DNA of 64,000 nt from NCBI GenBank assembly GCA_951406725.2, contig OX597815.1:86490001-86554000 (forward strand), given 5' to 3'. Below the pieces are notes generated by a model. The model ran no database searches, was not told where the DNA came from, and was given only the letters and a program-made list of their open reading frames with translations. The translations under genes were made by a program, and so were the position numbers. Each line of letters starts with the position of its first letter. Within the stretch, counting starts at the first letter, position 1. Below are positions 52,870 to 64,000 of this stretch, piece by piece. The DNA comes from Octopus vulgaris. Its lineage: Eukaryota.

Positions 52870-53016
52870 ACACACACATACACGAAGCTCACTTCTCTAG
52901 AATTAAAACTTCAATTTGAAGAGAATTAGTGTTAGAATATTACGGACTCTAAGTGTAATACGCTACTGAATTTGAAGTTTTAATTCCAGAGAAGTGAGCT
53001 TCGTGTATGTGTGTGT
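52870..53016. repeat. Long inverted repeat (~47-bp arms, 1-2 mismatches)
   Basis: ACACACATACACGAAGCTCACTTCTCTAGAATTAAAACTTCAA vs TTGAAGTTTTAATTCCAGAGAAGTGAGCTTCGTGTATGTGTGT. Confidence 0.92.
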
Positions 53017-53558
53017 TTATTTTTTTGCCAACACACAATTAATTATTTTAATGTACAGTATCAAATGTAATTGTTGGGTGCCAATCAATGTTCGTTTATA
53101 TCTAAGTAGCATTCAGCTTGCTAAAGCACGACGAATCTGAAAATACTCCAGGATTTACTAAATGAACTCTTGGCTATCTGAAATTGTGGATGTGATGTAC
53201 TCAGCATGTTATCTACTTAGTATTGTGACAATAATCTAAATTCAGCTCTTCTCTATTCGGTGTTTATTATTGAAGACATTTTATACAAGCACTCTTTTGT
53301 ATCTCGATAATGAACTTGCCAGTCATGTACGCAGGTTAATTCAACCAGTTTCATCCTTGCCCGGAAGAAAATTAGGTGTTTTCTTATTCAGGTGTCAGTA
53401 TACTTGTTTATTCACTCTAACATGAACACACGATCATCATTGAGTAATATGCGTCAAACATATTTGGGTTTGATTTAGTTCCTAATTAGTGGCTTTAATT
53501 AGCGTATTGTGTTCATCTTGATATCTATAAAGCCCTATCACATGCACACACGCACAAA

Positions 53559-53590
<32 letters not shown>

Positions 53591-56500
53591 AACGATTCAA
53601 GATTCAAGAAGCAGAGAATATGGAAATGATTTTTGTAGTCTTTAATTCTAAATTTCAAATGATAAAGACAGAAAGGAAGAGAAAGTGGACACTTGAAAAA
53701 CACATCATAAACAAATCAAGAATGTATCTTAAATTGAGATAAAGTGAAAGAATAAGACAGAATAAGGAAGATAGTATAATAATGGAATGGGTAGCGAACT
53801 ACAGAGAATGGAATATAAGGAAGGGACTACTTGAATTAAAAGACAAAGCAGGAGAATAGAAAAATCGTCAAAAAGAGAGAATATCTAAGAGTGACATGTT
53901 AGGGAGTGATAGAAATTAAAGTTTTAAGCTTAGTTTAGGAGATGGAATAAGGAAATGATGGCGAATCCTATAAGGAGACAAAAGAAGACAGAAGGAGAAA
54001 GAATGAGAAAGATAATGAGAAATCGAAATAGATTTCACAGGTTTTGGAGAAAAGGAGAGAAACAGATAGTTATGGAAGGTCAATAGTTGAAGATCCCATC
54101 TACAGAGTTCAGTGGTAATTAGCAAATCGAGGACATGTTTAATAAATTAGCTTTGTTTTAGTTTTCATATTATGGGGATGAGTGCTTTTTATTAAAAATT
54201 GGAATGCACATTTTAGAAATATGAAGCTTCATAGTGCCTGAAACGAAAAAAGGGCGAGGTTTTATAACTGCTTCATCAACTAGAAGAGGAAAATATTGTA
54301 TAGCCATTCCACTCTGCTTGAAAAAGATTTTCAATTACATCACGATGTTTGTTATTTTTCTCCTTTACTACTTATCAAATATATTGAAATACTTTTGATA
54401 TTATACTTTTGATAAAAAAGAAATAAAGAAAGAAAATTCATTGAGTAAATAAACTTGTTCAAATCGAAATGATTGTTCGATTGAACTTGCATTTCATTTC
54501 TTCATCGGATAAAACGATGAAAACAAATTAGATAAAATTTAATTTCTTTAATACAGGCAATGTTTAACCAACACCAGCCGCAACTACCTTTTAAGTTGGC
54601 TATATTTAATACATTCAATATTCAAGGATGTTTGTTGATTGATGTTGATTAACTTGATAAAAGAATATTTATTTTCTAATTCAAAGTTGCTTTGAATGTT
54701 GTTTTCTTTTGTTTTATTGGTTTATTTAATCTTCAGTTGACTGCCCTTTTTTCATAACTAGAAGTCAATCAAAAGATGTGAATAACTTTTACCAATTTAA
54801 TCAACTACAAACCGAACGAACTACCTTTTAAAATAAACTGACAGATAACATTCTCTCTAGATCTTTCTATTTATATGTTTCATACAAACATGTTGAGGTA
54901 TATACGCATTTATTCTGCAACATTTACGAGTGGGTTCTTCTTTTCAGTCATCTCCAGAATTCAGCGATTTGAAAGTTAATATAAGTAGATAGCTCTTATT
55001 TCAAAAATGAAAGAAATCAACGTCATAAAGAGGCTGTTCCTTTATGCTGTTTAACAAAAGAACCAGCTTCATGTCAACATTTTCAGGCAGTGTTATAATC
55101 AAGGGTTTCCGACCGTAGCCTTTGCACGTATTAACTAGACAAAGGAGCACATCATCTAATATGTCCTTATTTTAAGATATTAAGGTCTGATTTTAAGAAT
55201 TGCTCACTCTTTCTGGCATAGTAAGTGATTACATATACACTTTCAGTGTATGTTTTTATCTTGTAAGCGTTGCAAAGCTTTCATTTTCCTGGATTCTCGC
55301 AAACATTCTTTCTCAGTAATCATGTAGTAATTGTTATAATGTAATTGTTGATTACATCGAGGAAATTCCACCCTCTATTTGTTCCTATTTACAGCTATAT
55401 ATGAAGTGTAAAGCGGTTACTAGTGTATACACAATATGTTTATATTTTGTGAATAACTGTTTTGTACCGATAGAGAACCTAACAGCAGAGAAAAACGCCA
55501 CTATAGTATCTCAAATGTCTTTCTTTCACTAATCTTGCACGTTGTTGTGTTGCATACGGCTTTGCATCTTCCCTTATTTTATAATAAATCATTTTCTCTG
55601 ACATTTCTTCAGTAGAATGTTTTTTAATTAACTTACATTACTTATTTTGTGTTAGTTATGAACGAATACCACAGTTATCTTTAGATTTAAAAGTGAGTGC
55701 ATCTCCAGTTCGAATTCATAATTCTTTCCCAATTACGCTAACAACCGCTTGACTTTCAAACTAGAAATACTTCCCATACTTGATTGTTATATCTAATGGT
55801 TAAATAATACTTTCTGAAGCTACAAATACTTTAGATAATGAAGTGATTATATGAATTCAAAGTAAGTTATGGATATAAGATAAATACAACATTTCCACTG
55901 ATTATATTATTACTGAATGCATTTATTATAGAGTCAGAAACGCTACCTAATGAAAGTGTAGATAAGTATTATTAACCATACACCAACTAACAGAAGTCTG
56001 TATTATTTGACCTAATTTCAAATAGTTCCAATATGAGAGATTACGTATGGTGAGAATGAAATTTAAATTTATGCACTAAATTGCTAGTCTGCATGTTTTA
56101 AATCTATATACTTGATATTCTTCTCATTCTTTCGCATAAAATTACATTATTATTCGATCCTTATATATTAGATTTGTATTGCTCGATTCGTCTTCTTTTA
56201 CATTTTGTCTGCTATTATATCGTATGAAGTAAAATAAGCTAACAGTAATGAAACGGTTTAGTAAACATCTCAATTTTTCCCCTTAAAATGTGCTGAGATA
56301 TGAAACATGGATTTGTATGTAAGTACGTATGTACATACATACACATAAACACGTACATGTGCACATGTATGTATTTATGTATACACACATACACATACAT
56401 ACATATATATATATATATATATTTAAAACGTTTCCTCGTTGGAAGAATTCAAATAATTGCATTAAGCCTTTTGGAAAATAAACACATTTTCAATGTATCG

Positions 56501-57192
56501 ATTATTCATGTTTTAAAGTGGTTTTACATTCCTGTTAGATTAGCACTTGATCTTTCATTGTAGCTAGCCTTTGGGTCCGTCAATCTCTTGAAGAGAGCTA
56601 GTTATCAATATTGTCGGTGGATTTGTACGCTGAGCCCTTGAAAAATCCATTAACCGTCAGCTCCGCAAAAGTTCTCCGGAAGCCTCTTTTATCAATCTCA
56701 AAGTTAGATTATATCCCTAATTTAATTATATCCCTAATTTAATATTCAGTTCGCTAATCTGTTAAGTGTTCACTCAAGTGGCACATTCTTAGCCGCTAAA
56801 ACATCCCTAAAAGTCCCTTCTTAGATATTTTGCAACAGAATATAGCATAATACTTACACTTATACAGAGAATTTGTACGGCATAGAATACAAGGCATTAA
56901 ACAAACCCTCATTACTCCATATTTTTGGCACAAACGAGCGAGTGAACGTCACATGGACACTTTAACTGGTAGAAATGTTATCGTTGGTGGGCAAATTACC
57001 TTCCTTGCTAAATAGAACTGACCTATACCAGAAACAGTTCATTCTCGTGATCACTATTACTTTGTAGGTGTAAATATGTCGGGTGAGTATGATGCATTTC
57101 TATTTACTATATTACATTACTCTACTACAGCGCTAAAATTTCATGGTGCTCTATTGCTAATGTCTCAAGATGTGGAAACTCGAGTGGACTGT

Positions 57193-57236
<44 letters not shown>

Positions 57237-58509
57237 TGTGTATGCGTGTGTGTAAGTCAGTGGTAATTAAGAGGATAAAGCATTCAATACTAGAAGTAGA
57301 GGTGTAAATAATTTGTACGGTCGGCAGCAACGAGGATAACCTGGATACACTGAGTTTCTCGCGATCGACATTTAATAACTGGATCTTTTGACCTGTACTT
57401 CTCCTTGGTCATATTTGGTCACAGCCAAAATTATAGGTGGAATCCGGGTTCTTGATTGGTCAGTATACATCTTGCAATGGAGTATAATTAGTGATGTTTT
57501 AAGACGACTTCCGTAGTTTGAAGCAATCAGTTTTACAGGGACCATAGATAAGAAAAAGAAAGGAAGGGCAAGAAACAACTGTTTAAAAAAAATATAATTC
57601 AGTAAATTTCTAAATTAGTTAATTCTTTCGGTGGAGTTTTCAGATTTTTTTTCCATTCTGCATATTCCTTGCATTGTGTTTATATATGTATTCCCAAATG
57701 AAGTAAGGTAAAATAAGACAAAGTAAAATAAAGTCGGATAAATGAATCAATTAAATAAATAGTTAGAATATAGAATAAAGAAGATGAATGAGATGAATAA
57801 TTACTGGATAAACAGATAAATTACGAAAGAATAAATGAATGGCTAAATGACAGGTATATAAACCAATCAGTGAGATAGCCATCAACAGGTATCGGTTTAC
57901 AAGGTGGAAATAAAACTAAAGTTAATTTAGAGAAGAGAGTGTTGCTGTAGTGGAGCAAAATGTCCAGAGTGTGGGGTGGTCCAAAAACTGGTGATGTCAT
58001 TGATATAAACAGTGCATGAATAGTATGCTGTGAGTGAATGCCTTATACCAGCATGACTTGGATAAGGATCAGGTTTTACCATTATGCCGAATAGTAAACC
58101 TCACGGTGAATGATAGTTTGTAGTAGTCTGTAACCTATACATGGATTTGTTAGGATCTGTACGATTATATCGCATTAAACCAGCCTCAGCTTAACTGGTG
58201 ACTACTCAGAACATAATATCCTCCCTTCATTAAGAAGTGTATATTGAAACTATGTGTCTGATAAAAATCAGGGTATACAGTGAGTTCAGATTCTTGCTTA
58301 TATCAGTTTATCATTTTAACGAAATACGTATTCATAGCTGTAAGTTACGTGCAGAACTTGATCCAAATCTACAAATGACGAGCGAAAGCATGTACAAATG
58401 TACTGAATCGAATTCATATCTTTGTCTATTTCTTAAGCGAAATTATAAGATGTAATTCCGTTCTTAACACGCTTCGTTAAGAAAAATAAACGTTTTCTAT
58501 GTATATATA

Positions 58510-58820
58510 ACTGGAACTCCTTTAATTACAAACGAGTGTTTCAGTTCATCAGATGAAAGGAACAGCCTGTCCATAAAATTAACATGCAAGTGGCTAAGCC
58601 CACCACAGACTCTCATACCCTTAACAGTGTTCTCGGGGGAGATTCGGTGTGACAGAGTGGTAATGCTGACCCTTTGAAGTACAAGTGCTACTTATTTTTG
58701 CCAGCTGTGTCGACTGCTGCAACGTGAAATAAAGTGTCTTGCTCAAGGTAACAACGCGTCGCTGACTATCTAACTCACAACCTAAGGATCCTGAACTTAC
58801 AAACTTAAGCACTAAGTCAC
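58510..58820 (-). mobile_element. tRNA-derived SINE (second family)
   Basis: GCCAGCTGTGTCGACTGCTGCAACGTGAAATAAAGTGTCTTGCTCAAGG is the reverse complement of the 43590 core. Confidence 0.8.
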
Positions 58821-58868
58821 AATATATATCGATCCTTCCCTCCACTCTCTCCTTCTCTCTCTTTTTAC

Positions 58869-58938
<70 letters not shown>

Positions 58939-59649
58939 GTGTGATAGACAGAGAGTGTGACAGAGAGAGAGAAAGAAAGAGAGAGAGAAAAAGGCAGAGA
59001 GAAAGGGAGAGCGAATACACTAAAGTATTTTTTAAAAAGGCCCTATTAGATAATGCAATCACTGATAAACAAAAAGGTAATAGTGGGGTCAAGGTTGAAA
59101 TGATTTTAATTATAATTCTGCTTGATTTCCTCCCTCTTGAAGCTATACAACAACTATGAGACCTCCAGTGCAGTAACCAGCGATGAAACCTATCTCCCAC
59201 AAATTATGCAATTTTCACTCTTAAAGCTGTTAAAATAGTAACCGAATGCCACTACATGCCTTCAGTGTTAAAATGGGATTATATATTAGAGAATGAACTA
59301 GGTTTGCTGTAGCAATGTATTGACTTGAATGGTTAGTAAGCTACCATGAAGCTAGATTTAGAGCACTCGTTAATCTTAAAATCTACAGATACATGCGATC
59401 AATTAAACGGCTCATTTACTAACCTGAAGGTAGTACATGTATTTATTCTTCTACAGCCAAGAATTGTATGTATGGAGGTGAAAATAAAGAATACATTCTG
59501 GAGATTAGTGTATGAACATAGGGTTCCAGCATTGGCACTCTCATAATGAAGCTGATGCCATGTTTTTGGTTGTCACGGGACACATAGCACCATAATAAAC
59601 TTTACAGAAAATGGTGACGGTGGAAGACGTGGATGCTTTGGGGGTTAGA

Positions 59650-60720
59650 TTACACATGGTTTTTAAATCGAGGGGAGTGACAATAAAGAGAATGCAGAAT
59701 ACTCCAGTTGGTAATTATGAAAATTATAATATTTATAGTTAATTACGAAGAGAAGAACAATATTACAAAAAATAAAGTAATCCTATTTGCAATTAACGAG
59801 TGTTGTTTAGTGAGAGAGAGGTGGAAAGGAAGGAGAGAAGGAGAGAAAAAGAAATGTTATATGTCTGTGTTTGTGTGTGCTAATATGTGAGCGAGATAGG
59901 GAGAATGGTGGCAGTGGGTCAGAGAGCTTATGAAGCAGATAGAGATTTAGACAACCAATCGCACAAAGGTTTAATCGAGGGGCAAGACAGTTAACAAAAT
60001 AAAGGAAACATTAATGTGGGAAATATGAATGATTATTATAATATAGTTAATCGTGAAGGGAGAAATGATGTTCGAAAGAAAAACCCGTTACGACTTGTTT
60101 TCGAGTAAAATAACATCTGGTGCTTGAGAAAGAGAGGGAGAATGAGATAAGGCGAGTGAAAGAGAGGGAGAGTGAGAGAGACAGGAGAATGAGTATGTGA
60201 GAGAGTGAATGAGTCAGTAAGAAAGAGAGAGACAGTTCTATAACACAGAAAACACATAAAGAATTGCACATAATTTTCAGCCTTATGATGAAGTCAATAG
60301 AAAAACAAATGAAGATTATCCAGAATGGAAATATTAATTATAATTATAATATTTATAGTTAACTTTGAAAGGGAGGAATAATATAAGAAAGAAAAAAAGA
60401 ATAGCTATTTGTGTGTGTGTATGTGCGTGTGCGCGCGCGTGTGCGTATGTGTGCGTGTGTGTGTGTGTGTGTGTAATCGTGTTATGTGCTGTTCTCCGGG
60501 AGACTAAGTAAACAATCGGTGAGCGCGAAAGGTAGAATGAAAGTGACAAAGAAACGCAGAGAAAAAGAAAGAGAGAGAAAGAGGGAGAAAGAGAATGTAA
60601 GCGAGAGTGGTGGGAATAAATATGGCGTCTACATGGAGAACTGTGCATGTTCGCTGTTCAAAATGAAGGGCAAGTCAACAAATGGAAAATAAGAAAAGCT
60701 CAGAGCGAATAACTCAATAA
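59650..60720 (+). repeat. Ancient degenerate ~310-bp tandem repeat
   Basis: The motif TATAATATTTATAGTTAA...GAAGGGAG recurs at ~59722, ~60035 and ~60342. A further copy is split by SINEs at ~61190/61756. Confidence 0.6.
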
Positions 60721-60739
60721 AAACAATTATTTCCAATAT

Positions 60740-61750
60740 ACGACCTGAAATACTTGGGATGGCGTTGGTTGATATCATCGACCCAAAACTTGAATGGTAC
60801 TTGTTTATCGCCCCCACAAGAATGAAAGACAAAGTAACGTCAGTGAGATGTGAAATCAAACGGCAGTACGTTGGAACAAACATTGGTTTCAAATTTTGGC
60901 ACAAGGCCAGCAATTTCGGGTGAAGGGGATAAGTCGATTGCATCGACCTCAGTGTTCAAGCGGTACTTATTTTATCGACCTAGAACCCCGAAGAATGAAA
61001 AGCAAAGTTAATCACAGCGGAATTTGACATCAGAACCGAAAGGCAGACTAAATGCGCTAAGCATTTTGCCCGGTGTGCAAACGATTCCGCCAGCTCACCG
61101 CCTCCAAGTTGGAACAAATATTGAAAAGAAAAAGCAAATCAAACATCTAACCTGACGCGTGAACTACACCACTGTCATACATTGAAATTATTATATTTAT
61201 AGCTTATAAGGCAGCGAGCTGGCAGAAACGTTAGCACGCCGGGCGAAATGCGTAGCCATATTTCGTCTGCCGTTACCTTCTGAGTTCAAATTTCGCCGAG
61301 GTCGACTTTGCCTTTCATCCTTTCGGGGTCGATAAATTAAGAACCAGTTACGCACTGGGGTCGATATAATCGACTTAATCCGTTTGTCTGTCCTTGTTTG
61401 TCCCCTCTATGTTTAGCCCCTTGTTGGTAATAAAGAAACAGGTTTGTCTTTACGTTCTGAGTTCAAATTCCGCCGAGGTCGACTTTGCCTTTCATCATTT
61501 CGGGGTCGATATATTAAGTACCAGTTGCGCACTGGGGTTGATCTAATCGGCTGACCCACTACCCAACACTTTCGGGCATTGTATCAAGAGTAGAAAAGAA
61601 TATTTATAGCTTACTAAAAACAGTGTGTTTGCAGAACGTTAGCACGTCGGGTAAAATGCTTAGCAGCATTTCATTTATCTCTACATACTGTGTTCAAATT
61701 CCCCCAATGTCGACTTTGCTTTTCATATAGCCTGTATCGATAAAATGTAA
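60740..61750. mobile_element. Cluster of five Nin-domain SINE copies (minus 60740-60870 and 60885-61105; plus 61210-61442, 61443-61598 and 61630-61750)
   Basis: SINE cores are present. TSDs are GTTGGAACAAA.ATTG (60870/61108) and TATTTATAGCTTA (61194/61601). Confidence 0.88.
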
Positions 61751-63699
61751 AACCAATATTTATAGTTTACTACGAAGGGAGATATAATGTTTAAAAGAAA
61801 AGAATATCTTATCTTTGCTAGGCACGTTGGCAGCTGTATATCCCAAGCAAACATTCACCATTTAATATGAGGGAGACTGTTCATTATTCTCCCATTCCAC
61901 CTTAGAAAAGTGGTCCTTAAAATATGAAAATTCATACAGACTAGAAGTTGTTAAACTACCATGTTTACAGTTAATACTGAATTTATTATTACGGGCGTAA
62001 GATCCGGGCATAAGAAAGGCTCGTCACATAATGTAACCATGACCGTTGTAATAAAAAATAAGAAATTGAGGAAATAAGGACCTTGTAATAGAAGTCCATC
62101 TAATAACAATATACCAATGGATCGACGCTAAGACTTCTAAAAATCCCGGGCCATGTTGTAGACAGTTTAAGACGTGGTGTAATTAGATATTTGAAGACAC
62201 AGGTTTAACGCTCGATGTAACGGCAATCTTAACGGAACATCCAACCAAAGAGTGTGGTGATTCAGCAGATAGAAGAGAGTACAAAAGTCTAGGAGAAAAC
62301 TGTGCAACTAAGCAAGCATGCATTCATACTCAAGCGGACGCACATACATCTCTGTGTATGTATGGAAGTATGTATATGTGTATGTGTGTATGCGTGTGTG
62401 TATATGTGTATGTAGTTGTGTATGTGTGATGTATGTGTGTGTAAATGTAACTTTTTGCTTTGGTTCTTCTTGGTTTGCAAACGGCAGAAACGTTCTTAGA
62501 AAACCGGATTCTCTTCTATCTTATATTCATAAAATAATTACAACACGACACATGCTGTCTTCATCAACTATTTTTTTAAATAATTTAATTTAAAATTTCA
62601 TTTCACCAATTAATTAGTCTAAATTCACTGATAACACTACTTTAGACATCTCATTTCTTTCAACTATGCTTCAGAAGTTTCAGCAACATAAGTGTAGATA
62701 AGCTTAGAAAACAGATAAGAATATTCGAAGAAAAATTATATACATATTTCTTCATTTATAGATAAAAATGAAAACAGTTGAAATATATTTGTAAAACGTG
62801 TTACAGTTTTTGCTTCATTTGGAGTCAGGTGGAAAATTGGATTTAATTAGAATTTCTCCGAGTGTTTTTGAATCGGCTCAATGTGTAGTTAGATTTCGCG
62901 TAGCAAAGTCAAAAGACATTGGTCATCACAAAATTGTAAGAATTAAAGGGAGTTATGTCAACCAAGTCACACCTTGTCTTTGAATGCGCAACTCTGCTGC
63001 ATATCTCACGACATTCAATTTAAGTGACCGCCATCTTCAAGGCTGATGGTTGCCACTTGCGAAATTAAGGACCCTCTTTCTTTCTCTCTCTCCCTCTCTC
63101 CCGTAATAGTGCTAGTCGCCATAGTATTTGTAGTAGCGGTGGTAGTGGAGGTGGCGGCGGCAATTGTGTTAGCGCTAGTTGTGGCCGATATCGTGCTCGT
63201 TGTAGTATATGTTTGTGTGTAGTATGTGCGTGTGTGTGTGTGCGTGTGTATATAAGCGCGCACGTAAGTGCATATGAGTGTATAAACAAAAATGAGCGAA
63301 GGGAAATAACTCAGAGGGGCTAGTAGCATGCAGTTGAACAACATAGAAAACTACTGGTACATCCAATATCACACAACATAAATTCTTGATTTTTTGAAAA
63401 ATATACCTCTCCATCTTCAGAGAATGTATTATTATTACCAATTGACAATTACGACCAGCTCCACTTCAGATGGAGAGGTAATTTCCCGATTCAATAATTT
63501 TCCAAAGTTGATAAATCGTAAAAGAAAGAAGCGTGTACTTCTGGCTCCGTAACCGTCATCAGCACGGTAATTTTCTGACATTATCTCTAGTAAAGGAACT
63601 TAGAATTATACAAAATGCGTAGAATGAGTGTGTGTGGTATGCATGTAAATATGTGTGTATGTATGCGTATATGCATTTATATATAAATAATGTTTTCAA

Positions 63700-64000
63700 A
63701 TTTTGTCACAAGGCCAGCAATTTCTGGGGTTAAGTCGATTACATCGACCCCTATTATCAACTTGTACTTATTTTATCGACCTCGAAATGAATAAAGGGAA
63801 AGTCAACCTCGGCGGAATTTGATTTCAAAACATGAAAACGGACGAAATACTGCTAAGTGTTTTGCCCGGCATGTTAATGATTCTGTCAGCACGACGCCCA
63901 ACTTTATGTGTGAATATTCTTTTCCACTCTAGGCACAAGGCCCCAAATTTTGGGGAAGAGGGTCAGTCGATTAGATAGACCCCAGTACGTAACTGTTACT
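63700..64000 (-). mobile_element. Two tandem Nin-domain SINEs (the second cut by the window end)
   Basis: GGGAAAGTCAACCTCGGCGGAATTTG and AGGCACAAGGCC...GTCGATTAGAT.GACCCCAGTACG. Confidence 0.85.

Noticed and set aside
57372-57578. Minus-strand ORF with RIPPIILAVTKYD, resembling a GTPase/Roc G4 motif
   Set aside because: There is no AG acceptor after the pyrimidine tract, the donor is weak and no other GTPase motifs are nearby.
63402-63480. 12-bp inverted repeat TACCTCTCCATC/GATGGAGAGGTA next to CTGAAGA on the minus strand
   Set aside because: A permuted hammerhead would need GAAA and stem III, but GAAG and an unpaired segment are found instead.

Overview
This is very AT-rich (roughly one-third GC by eye), microsatellite-saturated eukaryotic DNA. 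Its repeat complement (Nin-domain tRNA-SINEs, (TAA)n-associated R4/Dong-type LINEs, Penelope-like elements) suggests a coleoid cephalopod such as Octopus; this is an inference, not a database result. I found no confidently supported host protein-coding gene, rRNA, true tRNA or CRISPR array, and almost all listed ORFs are microsatellite or repeat artefacts. The window is a transposon graveyard. It holds one nearly intact, 5'-truncated Naiad-type Penelope-like element (RT + GIY-YIG, 39920-41748, minus strand), an older Penelope RT relic and about ten R4/Dong-like RLE-LINE fragments. It also holds two Helitron helicase relics, Tc1/mariner relics, an RTE 5' UTR and more than 20 SINEs. The most interesting signal is a collection of small self-cleaving ribozyme motifs. 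About nine type I hammerhead-like motifs occur in Penelope pLTR-like units, showing non-canonical cores (U3-A8 covariation, U4C), palindromic stem III and in some cases very long stem II inserts. Several are joined to fold-back inversions, and one is fused to a tRNA-derived head. There is also a degenerate HDV-like ribozyme at the RTE 5' end. Two unexplained structures remain: an old ~3 kb duplication (10.1-13.8 kb vs 29.3-32.3 kb) and an ancient ~310-bp tandem repeat. All boundaries and alignments were made by eye and are approximate.
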